Below, piece by piece: positions 1-9,803 of a DNA stretch of 64,000 bases. Under the pieces are notes generated by a model that had not been told where the DNA came from, made no database searches, and was given only the letters and a program-made list of their open reading frames with translations. The position numbers and the translations under genes are program-made. The stretch spans positions 107,469-171,468 of the forward strand of contig JAVYPJ010000001.1 in assembly GCA_038733315.1 (NCBI GenBank). The letters are read 5' to 3'. The stretch's first letter is position 1. Every line of letters starts with the position of its first letter. Source of the DNA: Candidatus Aenigmatarchaeota archaeon. GTDB taxonomy: Archaea; Aenigmatarchaeota; Aenigmatarchaeia; CG10238-14; SpSt-28.

Positions 1-265
1 AAAAAGTTAGGAAAACTGTTATAGGGATTAAAAAGGGTATTAAAGATTTAAGTATAAAGAATTCCTTAGGTATATTGATTGGTATGAAAAAAATAAATAT
101 ACCTATTATAAAAGATAGAAAAGTATAGAAAAACATTCTAGCTAAATAAATAGAATAAAGAGTTTTTGATCTAGTAGATGTTAGGGCTCTCTTAATTCTT
201 AAGAAAAATTTCAGCTTCTTAACTCTTTCCACTAACCAAGAAAACAGTGAATACTCTATACTCAT
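1..265 (-). CDS. Type II/IV secretion system F-family (TadC/FlaJ-like) membrane protein, partial (runs off window edge)
   Basis: Manual translation MSIEYSLFSWLVERVKKL...YLARMFFYTFLSFIIGIFIFF... is open to base 1, is hydrophobic and lies directly downstream of the secretion ATPase. Confidence 0.65.
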   Translation of the reverse strand, partial: MSIEYSLFSWLVERVKKLKFFLRIKRALTSTRSKTLYSIYLARMFFYTFLSFIIGIFIFFIPINIPKEFFILKSLIPFLIPITVFLTF

Positions 266-273
266 AAAATATT

Positions 274-1878
274 TTAAGTTTCCACAACAAAAATATAACC
301 GAGTTTTTTTGTTATATCACTTTCTTTTAATTTAAGGATTTTTCTTTTTGCTTCCTCATATTCAATCTTACCCTCTATCATTTGCATTAAAGTTTTTTTA
401 TCCTTATAATACATCTTTATTATTTCCGCTACCTCTTCATAACTTTTTTTATTATTTTTTTGCATCCATTCAATAACCTTAATTCTATCTTCTATTTCTT
501 TAATAGCGTTTTCCATCGTAATACCATATTTTTCACAGATTTTTGGAATCAGTAAGCTTTCACTTGCTTTTTCATAAGAATCTGTAAATGGATTCCATCT
601 ATATGTTATGTTTTGCATAACCTCACCCCTTTCATCGATTCCACCAATCTCCACAATCTCCTTAATTCTTCTAGCATATTCTCCTTTTTCTTTAGCCCTT
701 TTCATTACTATTACAAAATCTAAGGCTTCTACTAGTCCGATTGGTAATTCTATTGGTGGAGAAATCAATCTTTTAACTAAGGAGCTAACATCTTCTGCAT
801 GGAATGTAGATATACTCGCATGACCAGAAGCCATACCTTGAAACATAACATAAACTTCTCTACCTCTTGTTTCCCCAACAATAACATATTCTGGATTCAT
901 TCTAAAACTTTCTCTTAGTAAATCAAAAAGGGTTACTTCTCCATATTTACTTCCACTAGGAAGCGGTAAACCAAAACCTACTCTAGTAACTAAAGGAACC
1001 CAATGCTCATGAACAAATCTCAATTCTCTTGTATCTTCTATACTTACAATCTTGGCATCTGGTCTAATAAAAATTCCTAAGCTATTTAAAAAGCTCGTTT
1101 TTCCACTTCCTACACCGCCAATTATTAAAAAAGATGTTTTATGCTCTATTAGAAACCATAAATATGCTAAAATTTCGCTATTTACAGTTTTTAAGTCTAT
1201 TAATTCTATTGGAGAAAATGGTTTCTCAGTAAATTTTCTTATAGTAAAAGATGGGCCTTTTTGAGATATCTCTTCGCTAAAAGTTGCGCTAACTCTTGAG
1301 CCATCCGGTAAAGTTCCTTCTAAAATGGGTTCAGCATAAGATACGTATCTTCCACATTTTTGAGATAATTTGATTATGAATTCCTTTAGCTTTTCTATAT
1401 CTCTAAAAATAATATTAGTTCTTATGTTTCCAAAGTATCTATGAGTTACGTATATTGGCAAATTAACTCCACTACAGCTTATGTCCTCTATGTATGGATC
1501 GTGCATTAATGGCTCTATTTCGTTTAAACCTATAAAATCTCTAAAAATATAATAACTAATTTTCAGAAAACTTTCGCTATCAACCTTAATTTTCAATATA
1601 CTTATTACTTTCTTAATAGCCTCTTCTACTGTTTTATTTAGTATTTCTTTATTTTTAACTTTTTCTAAATCTATGTCCAAATATTCTAAGATAAGCTCTT
1701 TTATTCTTTCTAACGTTTTCTTCTCACTATCATTTAGCTCTGGCTCTATTACTTCGTAAAAAATACTTTTATCTTCTTTGTTATAGAAAATGTGAGCATA
1801 TGCATATGGTTTTATTAATTCATATTTTATATTTAGATTTTCGATTTTCTCCGGGATTTTTATTTCAAGTATTTCCAT
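274..1878 (-). CDS. Type II/IV secretion (pilus/archaellum assembly) ATPase, VirB11/FlaI family
   Basis: Walker A GGVGSGKT, SIEDTREL, YVIVGETRG, GHASISTFHA motifs. Confidence 0.93.
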   Translation of the reverse strand: MEILEIKIPEKIENLNIKYELIKPYAYAHIFYNKEDKSIFYEVIEPELNDSEKKTLERIKELILEYLDIDLEKVKNKEILNKTVEEAIKKVISILKIKVDSESFLKISYYIFRDFIGLNEIEPLMHDPYIEDISCSGVNLPIYVTHRYFGNIRTNIIFRDIEKLKEFIIKLSQKCGRYVSYAEPILEGTLPDGSRVSATFSEEISQKGPSFTIRKFTEKPFSPIELIDLKTVNSEILAYLWFLIEHKTSFLIIGGVGSGKTSFLNSLGIFIRPDAKIVSIEDTRELRFVHEHWVPLVTRVGFGLPLPSGSKYGEVTLFDLLRESFRMNPEYVIVGETRGREVYVMFQGMASGHASISTFHAEDVSSLVKRLISPPIELPIGLVEALDFVIVMKRAKEKGEYARRIKEIVEIGGIDERGEVMQNITYRWNPFTDSYEKASESLLIPKICEKYGITMENAIKEIEDRIKVIEWMQKNNKKSYEEVAEIIKMYYKDKKTLMQMIEGKIEYEEAKRKILKLKESDITKKLGYIFVVET

Positions 1879-1882
1879 AAAA

Positions 1883-2167
1883 TTAATATATCTTCAACTT
1901 TTTTCTAACAGCTTTTCCAGGCTGAACAACCCCTAAGAATCTTGCACATTTTGGGCAAACTCTTAATTTAATAGTGGATAGACTTACTAAATTCGGATTT
2001 ATACTTTTAACAATTACAGCATCTTTTAATGTCTGTTTTTTATTTAAAACAAATGTTTTATATCTAGGATATAATCCGCCGCATAAATCGCAGTGTATAT
2101 GATATTCGTTACCTCTAGCTTTTGTGTGCTCATATGTTCTTTTATATGGAGCTTTGCTTATCGGCAT
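1883..2167 (-). CDS. rps26e: 30S ribosomal protein S26e (eS26)-like
   Basis: 94 aa, basic; RGNEYHIHCDLCGGLYPRYK...VCPKCARFLGVV matches the eS26 zinc-knuckle pattern. Confidence 0.7.
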   Translation of the reverse strand: MPISKAPYKRTYEHTKARGNEYHIHCDLCGGLYPRYKTFVLNKKQTLKDAVIVKSINPNLVSLSTIKLRVCPKCARFLGVVQPGKAVRKKLKIY

Positions 2168-2191
2168 AGAAAAAATATCTTAAAAAATATA

Positions 2192-2542
2192 TTAATATTT
2201 CTCTGTTCTATCAAAATCGTAATACGATGCTATTTTCTCAAAAAATCCTTTTAAATCTTTATCGTTACTAAAAATCTTTTCTATAAGTTTAAATAAATCG
2301 TATCTACAAATTGGCTTTCCTTTTAATTCTTTTAGCCTTTCTATATATTTTTCATCTACTTTTCTTTTTTTGAGAAGCTCGATTATTTTTTCTAGTATTG
2401 CGTCATTAATATCACTCTTTGGTGGAGTTAAGAAAAGCGGTTCTTTACATACAACACAATTAATTACAGAGCTTGGACTTTCTTCTTCTAAAATTTCCTC
2501 ATAATCATCAAATTCTTCATAAAAATCAAATTTGAAGCGCAG
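2192..2542 (-). CDS. Hypothetical protein with CxxC motif, putative CTG start (not in ORF track)
   Basis: Stop-free frame 2644 to 2192 with genome-typical codons: (L/M)RFKFDFYEEFDDYEEILEEE...CVVCKEPLF...CRYDLFK...EKY*; no in-frame ATG. Confidence 0.6.
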   Translation of the reverse strand: MRFKFDFYEEFDDYEEILEEESPSSVINCVVCKEPLFLTPPKSDINDAILEKIIELLKKRKVDEKYIERLKELKGKPICRYDLFKLIEKIFSNDKDLKGFFEKIASYYDFDRTEKY

Positions 2543-2578
2543 GAAACTCTCAGTTAATATTTTATTTAGGTTCTTTAT

Positions 2579-2612
2579 CGACCGGGCATAAGGGCAATTT
2601 CCTCCCCGGTCG
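2579..2612. other. GC-rich stem-loop (CGACCGGG-18 nt-CCCGGTCG)
   Basis: Perfect 8-bp inverted repeat, strongly GC-rich against the AT-rich background. Confidence 0.55.
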
Positions 2613-2850
2613 TTGTCTTTAATGTCTTTGATGGGAATATCATTTTACCTAAGCATACTGTATTAGAATATGCCCATCCACAAGAACTATAAGAAATAGA
2701 ATAATCTAAGAAAGTTTTATGTAAGCTGCTTAGCTTGATGTTTTTTTGATTCCTGGTCATACTACCTATAAATTTAAAATAGTAATAATTCTATATTTAA
2801 AGATTTCTATTATTTATTATTAGTTTTTATAACGAGTATATTTTAAATTT

Positions 2851-3639
2851 ATGGATTTTGAAGTTTTTTTTAATTTCATAAAAAATAAGGATTTATTAAA
2901 AGAAAAAATTAAGGGAATTAAAGAGACTCCAAAAATAAATTTAAAAAATGTTTGGAAAAATTATTTGCCAAGAGAAAAAGGGGATTGCTGCGTAGCAATA
3001 GATGGAAGCTACAATTATCTAAAATTCAGATCTATGATTTTTTACGTTATTAACATTTCATCTGTTTTTTATTATAATGACGAAAAAATAGAAACCAAAA
3101 GTTTTCCAGAGTTTAATGTTACAGAAGATTTTCTATTCTTTGAAGATGTTTTAAGGTCTGAAATGATTAATAGAGAACTCGAAATTGCATCCAATCTTTG
3201 CAAAGATTTTAACGTTATGATAGATGGCTCTTTAAACTCTTTCCTAAACTTTATAACAAAAGATAAAAGAAAGGAAATTTTGAGTAAATTTGAAAGCACA
3301 AATAAATTAGTTTTTTCTATATCAAAAACACCAATTAAAAAAATAGATGAAAGTATTGAGATGGGCTTTTCTGATATGTTTGAAAAATATAAAGAGAATA
3401 ATATAGTATCCTTTTTCTTTAAGTTAAGAGAGGATTCTCTTACATTTAAAGTGGAAACGTTTGAAAAAAATAAAAATAAAATTGAAGAAATTGTTTCTTT
3501 AATAAGATTTTTTGAATTTAGAGGATATCCATATTTATTAATTAAAGCGCATAGAAAAGCGAAGATTACAAATAAAGATATGGAAAAGTTTGCGAACATT
3601 TTAGAAATAAAAGAGAAAACTGGTAGAGAAATATTATGA
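2851..3639 (+). CDS. nurA: NurA 5'-3' nuclease
   Basis: VAIDGS, VMIDGSL, SISK, GYPYLLIKAHRKAKI motifs; ATGA overlap with herA. Confidence 0.88.
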   Translation: MDFEVFFNFIKNKDLLKEKIKGIKETPKINLKNVWKNYLPREKGDCCVAIDGSYNYLKFRSMIFYVINISSVFYYNDEKIETKSFPEFNVTEDFLFFEDVLRSEMINRELEIASNLCKDFNVMIDGSLNSFLNFITKDKRKEILSKFESTNKLVFSISKTPIKKIDESIEMGFSDMFEKYKENNIVSFFFKLREDSLTFKVETFEKNKNKIEEIVSLIRFFEFRGYPYLLIKAHRKAKITNKDMEKFANILEIKEKTGREIL

Positions 3640-5087
3640 TAATAGGTAGATGTGTAGGAGATGCAAGAATAGAAGAAATAACATTTATATCTACAAAAAT
3701 GCCAGAAATAGGTCAATATGTTATATTAGAATATGATGATAAGAAAATTCTTGGAATGATAGAAGATTTAATAAGATTTAATCCTGCATTAGATGAGGAA
3801 CTACTAAGCGAAGAAGAAGTAGAATCTATTCAAAAATTTGAAAAAAAATATGTAATAAAAGGTAAAATTAAAATTCTTGGAGATTTAGAAAATCTAAGAT
3901 TGCCAAAAGTTCCGCCAAAACCTGGAACAATAGTTAGAATTGCTGAAAAAAGTGAATTAGAAAAAATTTTCGGTAAAAGTGAGAAATCGATAAATATAGG
4001 CAAGCTATTAACTAATGAAGATGTAGAGGTTTATTTAGATGTTAACAAAATGATTTCTAGACATTTAGCTATTCTATCCATTACTGGAGCTGGCAAATCG
4101 AATACTGTTAGTGTAATAGTTGAAGAATTAAGTAAGCTTGGGGTTACATCACTAATTTTTGATATGCATAGCGAATATGTTGATGCAAATTTTTCTAAGA
4201 AAAAAATTATTCCAACAAAAATTAATCCTCTTTTTTTGCACTTTAGAGAGGCCGCAAGAATGATGAATATAGAAGAGGGTGCGTACATTCAAGAAATGTT
4301 TTTTAGAAAAGCTTGGGAGAGTGTTAAAGAAAAGTTAAGAGACATGAAGATTAAACTAGATATAAACACTTTTTTTGATTTTTTGCTTAGAGAATTGGAA
4401 ATATTATCTAAAAAAGAAAAAAACTCTGAAGAATCTATATATAAGGTTATTTCAAAGGTTGAGAATTTCAGAGAAAAGTTTAAAGACATTTTCGATTTAA
4501 GCTATGACGATGTTTCAAACTTAATAGAGAGAGGAAAAATAAATATTCTAGACTTAGGATTCGTAGATGAAGAGGTTGCTGATATTTTTGTTAGCCATAC
4601 TTTAAGAAAAGTTTTAGAAGAAAGAAAAAGATTTAAAAATTCTGGAGTTGGATTAAGTTTTCCTGTGTTTATTATAATAGAAGAAGCTCATATATTAATT
4701 CCAAAAGATTTTGATACATTCACAAAATATTGGGCTTCAAGAATCGCTAGAGAAGGTAGAAAATTCGGAGTTGGTTTATGTTTGGTTAGTCAAAGACCTA
4801 AATCATTAGATTCTAATACCCTAAGCCAGGCTAATAATATGATAATATTAAAATTAGTTGAGCCAAATGATCAAAAATATGTACAAGCTGCTAGTGAGAT
4901 GTTAACAGATGAATTATTAATCAGACTTTCTTCACTAAACATTGGAGAGGCTGTTGTTATAGGGCCTATGATTAGAATACCTGCGATTGTTAAAATAAAA
5001 GAGTTTGAGGGCAAAATAAGTGGAAAGGATATTGATTTTATTGAGGAAAGTAAAAAGATTGAAAATAAAGAGATTGATTTAATATAA
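3636..5087 (+). CDS. herA: HerA bipolar DNA helicase
   Basis: N-terminal HAS barrel, HLAILSITGAGKSNT, IIIEEAH, REGRKFGVGLCLVSQRP. Confidence 0.93.
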   Translation: MIIGRCVGDARIEEITFISTKMPEIGQYVILEYDDKKILGMIEDLIRFNPALDEELLSEEEVESIQKFEKKYVIKGKIKILGDLENLRLPKVPPKPGTIVRIAEKSELEKIFGKSEKSINIGKLLTNEDVEVYLDVNKMISRHLAILSITGAGKSNTVSVIVEELSKLGVTSLIFDMHSEYVDANFSKKKIIPTKINPLFLHFREAARMMNIEEGAYIQEMFFRKAWESVKEKLRDMKIKLDINTFFDFLLRELEILSKKEKNSEESIYKVISKVENFREKFKDIFDLSYDDVSNLIERGKINILDLGFVDEEVADIFVSHTLRKVLEERKRFKNSGVGLSFPVFIIIEEAHILIPKDFDTFTKYWASRIAREGRKFGVGLCLVSQRPKSLDSNTLSQANNMIILKLVEPNDQKYVQAASEMLTDELLIRLSSLNIGEAVVIGPMIRIPAIVKIKEFEGKISGKDIDFIEESKKIENKEIDLI

Positions 5088-5426
5088 AAAAACTGAAAAA
5101 TAATTTCCGAATTTAATTATTTTTCTTTTTAGATTTTTTTGTAACTCTTTATCTAAGGTTGCGATTAAATATTCGTCTTTATATTTCAATATCAAATCAT
5201 CTACCTTTCCTTTTTCCTTTATTAGAGTTATTTTTCCATTTCTTATAAGTAGCCTTACTTCTTTTAAAATTCTTTTACTTATATTTCCTATCTCAGCTAA
5301 CGAATTCTCAAAAATATATATACAATAGTTTCCAATCGTATTGTCTAAGAAATCTTCAAAAACTCTAAATTTTTTTTCTTTTATCAAATAAACCAAAAAA
5401 TTTGTATCTAACAAAACTTTTTCCAT
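5079..5426 (-). CDS. PIN-domain protein (Fcf1/Utp24-like)
   Basis: VLLDTNFL, VDDLIL, IATLDKEL motifs. Confidence 0.8.
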   Translation of the reverse strand: MEKVLLDTNFLVYLIKEKKFRVFEDFLDNTIGNYCIYIFENSLAEIGNISKRILKEVRLLIRNGKITLIKEKGKVDDLILKYKDEYLIATLDKELQKNLKRKIIKFGNYFSVFLY

Positions 5427-5452
5427 ATCTATTTTTCATTTAGATTTTATAT

Positions 5453-6379
5453 ATGAAAGTTTATCCAATAGCTTTCGATTCCTTAGGAGTAAGGAGTATG
5501 TCAACTATTGTTGTTTTAAATGATATCAAAATTTTTATAGATCCCTATGCTGCTCTAGCACCTATAAGATATGGATTAAAGCCAAGTCATTTAGAAATTG
5601 AAATGTTAAATTTTTACCTTGAACAAATATATAAACTTGGAAGTTATTGTGACTATGCCATAATTACTCACTATCATTACGATCATCATCCTATACCAGA
5701 GGATAATAATTTTTTTAAAAGTTTTAAAAAATGTCATTTTTTAATAAAGGATTTCGAAAAAGAACATTTTAGTGCCAAAAAAAGAGGAAGTGTTTTCACT
5801 AATAATTTAAAAAAGAATAAAATAAGCTTTGAGTTTGTAGATGGTAAAAAGATAAAGATAGAAGATATTAAGATAAAGTTTTCGAAGCCTGTTTGGCATG
5901 GAGAAGTAAACTCTAAGGTTGGAAGAGTTATAATGGTTTGCATAGAGTATTTAAATAGAAAGTTATTTTTTGGAAGCGATGCACAGTTTTTAATAGATAA
6001 AAATGCCTTGAAATTTGCATTAAAAACAAAACCAAATTACTTAATTATCGATGGATTCCCAACAATTTTAGAGGGTTATAAAGTAAAGCATGAAAGTTTT
6101 CTTGAAGGAATAAAAAATATGAAAAAAATATTTGGAAGGGTTAATTATAGCTGGATTATAATAGACCATCATTTACTAAGAGATAAGGATTTTGAAAAGA
6201 AATTTCCTTTTTTTGATTATAAAAAAATAATCACCGCAGCAAAATTTTATAATTTAGAAAATTTGTTATTAGAAGCTTATAGAAAAGAAATATATAAAAA
6301 AGAAATAATTTTTGATTTAGAAGTTTATAAAGATAACGCTAGAAAAGTTATCTCTAAAATAATAAATTCTTCGATATAA
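5453..6379 (+). CDS. Metallo-beta-lactamase-fold hydrolase (UPF0282-like)
   Basis: AFDSLGVRSMS, ITHYHYDH, PVWHGE, IIDHHLLRD. Confidence 0.85.
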   Translation: MKVYPIAFDSLGVRSMSTIVVLNDIKIFIDPYAALAPIRYGLKPSHLEIEMLNFYLEQIYKLGSYCDYAIITHYHYDHHPIPEDNNFFKSFKKCHFLIKDFEKEHFSAKKRGSVFTNNLKKNKISFEFVDGKKIKIEDIKIKFSKPVWHGEVNSKVGRVIMVCIEYLNRKLFFGSDAQFLIDKNALKFALKTKPNYLIIDGFPTILEGYKVKHESFLEGIKNMKKIFGRVNYSWIIIDHHLLRDKDFEKKFPFFDYKKIITAAKFYNLENLLLEAYRKEIYKKEIIFDLEVYKDNARKVISKIINSSI

Positions 6380-6389
6380 TAATTTCTTT

Positions 6390-6935
6390 ATGAAAAAAGT
6401 TTTTAAAATAAAAAACTTAAGAATTTTATTACGAGAAATTGAAAGAAAAGATGTTAAAAGAGTTGATGAATTCTTAGAATATATAAATTTGCTTGTGAAA
6501 GAAAATGCCATGATTTTAATTAACAGAGAATTAACTAGAAAAGAAGAAAAGGAATTTTTATTGAGAGTTTTAGAAAACGTAAGGAAAAGAAAGGAGGTTA
6601 TTATAATAGCAGAAGATTTAGATAATAGAAAAATCGCGGGAATAGTTAATATTGAAAAGGGTAAATATAGACAATCTCATGTAGGAATCTTGGGAATTTC
6701 TGTAAGGAAAGAGTATAGGGGCATTGGGTTAGGAAAAATATTAATGAACGAGGTTATTAAGTTGGCTAAGAAAAGACTAAAAATAAAATTAGTTAAGTTG
6801 GATGTTTTTGAAAATAATAAAATAGCTATAAACTTGTATAAAAAAGTGGGATTTAAAATAGTTGGTAGAATTCCAAAAATGAATTATTATAATGGAAAAT
6901 TTGTAGATTATATTGTAATGATAAAGGAGTTATGA
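6390..6935 (+). CDS. GNAT family N-acetyltransferase
   Basis: ISVRKEYRGIGLG acetyl-CoA motif; NKIAINLYKKVGF. Confidence 0.9.
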   Translation: MKKVFKIKNLRILLREIERKDVKRVDEFLEYINLLVKENAMILINRELTRKEEKEFLLRVLENVRKRKEVIIIAEDLDNRKIAGIVNIEKGKYRQSHVGILGISVRKEYRGIGLGKILMNEVIKLAKKRLKIKLVKLDVFENNKIAINLYKKVGFKIVGRIPKMNYYNGKFVDYIVMIKEL

Positions 6936-6957
6936 ATTTTAAAAAGGATAAATTTAT

Positions 6958-7575
6958 ATGTTAGAGATTTTTAAAGAAAGGAAGAAAATAGCTATTCGAA
7001 AACTATTAGACGCTATTAAAAACAAAGAGGTCGATCAGCCAATAGAAAAAGAGTTACTAAGGTTAAATGAATATGAAATTGTTTATTCAACTTCTAGCTG
7101 TTCTGGAAGAATTGCACTATTGGTTGATAAGGGAAATAAAAAGGATTCTTACTTTATAGCAAAATGGCATAAAACTGTTGCTCCAAAGGATGTTATAGAA
7201 TCGCTAAAAAAAGATATGAATCATGAATTAATTTTTTTCAAACAAGAGCCATTCATTATACATTTAGTTTTTCCAAAATTAAGAGTTACTAGAGATGTGC
7301 TTACAATTGCTAGAGAAGTCGGATTTAAACATAGCGGAATAATAAGCATGAAAAAAGAAAAAATTGTCTTAGAGATTACTGGATTAGAAAGAATAGATTT
7401 TCCGATTGTTATAAATTCCGAGCTTGTAATATCTCTAGAAAATTTTTCTAAGATAGTTGATCTTGCCAATTCAAAATTAGTTAGAAACGAAAAAATGAGA
7501 AATGTCTTCTTTTCAAAACTTTTTGAATATTTAGATAAAAATTATAAAAGCTGTGAAATAAATAGTTATCTATAA
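6958..7575 (+). CDS. taw3: tRNA(Phe) wyosine-pathway methyltransferase Taw3/TYW3
   Basis: YSTSSCSGRI, KWH, PFIIHL, GFKHSGI motifs. Confidence 0.88.
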   Translation: MLEIFKERKKIAIRKLLDAIKNKEVDQPIEKELLRLNEYEIVYSTSSCSGRIALLVDKGNKKDSYFIAKWHKTVAPKDVIESLKKDMNHELIFFKQEPFIIHLVFPKLRVTRDVLTIAREVGFKHSGIISMKKEKIVLEITGLERIDFPIVINSELVISLENFSKIVDLANSKLVRNEKMRNVFFSKLFEYLDKNYKSCEINSYL

Positions 7576-7577
7576 GG

Positions 7578-8039
7578 TTAATAGGAATTGATTATATTTT
7601 CTATCTCATCCATAACTTTTTCTGCATCGTTATAAAAAACCCCTTCAAATATTTTTTTACCTAAATCTAAATACTTTTCTTCGTTATAAATTTTTAAAGT
7701 CTCATTAATTAGGTTGTAAAGCCTAAGGTCTTCTTCCTTTAAGCTTTCTAAATAATTTTTTATATTTTTATTATTATTGTTTTTGTATATCCAGTATGCA
7801 AATGCCAATGAAACTAAGAATCTATATATATCTATACCACACATACTTTTTATTCCCGTTTTCAATAACTCATTCTCGCACTCTTCACAAATTTCTTGGA
7901 TGTCTTCTTGGATGTTTTTTGTTTTGCCTTGATTCTCAAAAATTTTAAAGATTTTATCAAGAATATCGAATCTATCCTTTATACTTAGCTTAAGATCCGA
8001 GTTATAAAGGAATGTGGATAAATCTTTCAAAGTATCCAT
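7578..8039 (-). CDS. Hypothetical protein
   Basis: 153-aa ORF filling the gap between genes; no recognised motif. Confidence 0.6.
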   Translation of the reverse strand: MDTLKDLSTFLYNSDLKLSIKDRFDILDKIFKIFENQGKTKNIQEDIQEICEECENELLKTGIKSMCGIDIYRFLVSLAFAYWIYKNNNNKNIKNYLESLKEEDLRLYNLINETLKIYNEEKYLDLGKKIFEGVFYNDAEKVMDEIENIINSY

Positions 8040-8086
8040 AAAATATTTGGTATCCTTAATATTAATTTTTTACTTTTTAGTAATTA

Positions 8087-8656
8087 CTATTTTTCAGAAA
8101 TTATTTTAGCTTCGAATTCGTAAATCTCTGTTTTTTCATCTAACCAACAATCCTTATCTAAGCCAGCTTTGTAACATAGGTTTTCAATAAAAAGTCTCTC
8201 ATCGCTTAAAATATTCCAAACTTGCGGAAGAAATAATCCAGATTTAAATCCTTTAATAATCATATAACCTTTATTCTTATCTAATAGGTTTAGTATTTCT
8301 TTTCGGTTTTTTACTTTATCGTCTATTCTTCTCAATTCTCCTAATATAGTTACTTCTATTTTAATTTTATCTAGCTCATCTTCTTTTAATTCCTCAAATC
8401 TAGTATCTCTACACGCTTCCTTAGCCGCCTTTGAAATAGCGATAGCTAACGGATATATAGGATAGGGAAATCCTATGCAACCTCTCAACTCTTTTTCTTT
8501 ATAAATACTAACAAAAACTCCTTTTAACTCAGAAAATTCTTTCGGCAAAAGTTCTAAATCTATCTCTGATTCCCTTTTATCTTTAACAAATTTCTCTATG
8601 GATTTCCTAGCTATTTCTATTGCGATTTTATCGAATTCGCTATCATTACTGAGCAT
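8087..8656 (-). CDS. AMMECR1-domain protein (AmmeMemoRadiSam protein A)
   Basis: GVFVSI...LRGCIG, GLFLPQV, LCYKAGL. Confidence 0.9.
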   Translation of the reverse strand: MLSNDSEFDKIAIEIARKSIEKFVKDKRESEIDLELLPKEFSELKGVFVSIYKEKELRGCIGFPYPIYPLAIAISKAAKEACRDTRFEELKEDELDKIKIEVTILGELRRIDDKVKNRKEILNLLDKNKGYMIIKGFKSGLFLPQVWNILSDERLFIENLCYKAGLDKDCWLDEKTEIYEFEAKIISEK

Positions 8657-8717
8657 AAAAGTTTTTTAGTAGTTAAAAATAATCAAAAGCTTATAAATAT
8701 TTATTTAAAAAGATATT

Positions 8718-9113
8718 ATGGCAAAGTATCACGACGAAATAAAAGGAAGAACTCCTACTGGGGGAAAATTTATTCCGCATTATAAGGTTAAAAAGAAATG
8801 TCACTTAGGTGGAGATGAAATATTAACTGAATTAAGCGAAGTGGAAAAAAGAATAATAAAGAGAGTTAAGGGAGGTAATAAAAAAATTAAATTAAAACTT
8901 GCAGCCTATGCAAATGTTTTTGATGGTAAGAATTATAAAAAAGTTAAAATACTTGATGTTGTAGAAAATAAGGCGCACCCACTTTATGAAAGAAGAAAAA
9001 TAATAACTAAGGGTGCTTTAATTAAGACAGAAATAGGTTTGGCTAAGGTAACTTCTAGACCTTCGCAAGACGGAATAGTTAACGCTATTCTAATTCAAAA
9101 ATCAAATATCTAA
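8718..9113 (+). CDS. rps8e: 30S ribosomal protein S8e
   Basis: RTPTGGK, RVKGGNKK, IITKGALI, VTSRPSQDGIVNA. Confidence 0.95.
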   Translation: MAKYHDEIKGRTPTGGKFIPHYKVKKKCHLGGDEILTELSEVEKRIIKRVKGGNKKIKLKLAAYANVFDGKNYKKVKILDVVENKAHPLYERRKIITKGALIKTEIGLAKVTSRPSQDGIVNAILIQKSNI

Positions 9114-9803
9114 AATTAGTTCTTCTTCTGATAAAAAATTGGAAAAAAATCTGTTAATATTCTCTAAATCTCTTTTAAACATCTCATCATACACTATAGA
9201 ATCACTTCTCACACCATGGCTAAAATCTATTAGATAAATTCTATCATTTCCAACTAAAATGTTGTGCTCGCTTAAATCACCATGTACCAAACCTATTTTT
9301 TTAAGATTTTTCATGTTTTCTATTATTTGAAAATAAAAGTTTTTAGCGGATTGATAATCTAAGTTTACATCTTTTAGTTGAGGATATGAAACTCCGTTTT
9401 CACCTAAGAATTCCATCACTAAAATATTTTGATAAGATATTATTGGTCTTGGGCAACTAACTTTTCCCTTTTCGTATGCAATCCTTAAATTTCTATACTC
9501 TCTGTTACACCAAGCAAACACAACATTTCTTTTTTCTCTTTTTATTCTTCCATACCTCGAATCTAGTACTAACAAATTTCTCATCATTTTAAAATCTGAA
9601 TGATAAATTCTGTATATCTTTATTGCAATAAAATTTTTTTCAAAATCTTTGCCCAAAAAAATCACACTTTCTTTTCCCTCTTTAATAATTCCAACCAAAC
9701 CAAAGATAACTCTTCTATTTCTAAGCTCAACTAGAGCTTTAATTGTTAAATCGTCTAAAACCTTAGAGAAAACTTTTAAGCCTTCTTTAAAATCTAAGCT
9801 CAT
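9102..9803 (-). CDS. rio1: RIO1-family serine kinase
   Basis: GKESVIF, AIKIYR, LVHGDLSEHNIL, IDFSHG; follows aIF-1A. Confidence 0.9.
   Translation of the reverse strand: MSLDFKEGLKVFSKVLDDLTIKALVELRNRRVIFGLVGIIKEGKESVIFLGKDFEKNFIAIKIYRIYHSDFKMMRNLLVLDSRYGRIKREKRNVVFAWCNREYRNLRIAYEKGKVSCPRPIISYQNILVMEFLGENGVSYPQLKDVNLDYQSAKNFYFQIIENMKNLKKIGLVHGDLSEHNILVGNDRIYLIDFSHGVRSDSIVYDEMFKRDLENINRFFSNFLSEEELILDI

Noticed and set aside
2575..2760. 61-aa minus-strand ORF as a standalone gene
   Set aside because: Atypical composition and no motif; kept only as an alternative in the frameshift hypothesis.
3072..3716. 214-aa antisense ORF (and similar shadow ORFs at 19930-20367, 20847-21287, 46189-46791 etc.)
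   Set aside because: They lie opposite well-supported genes and have the Phe/Ser/Leu/Ile-rich composition typical of antisense frames.
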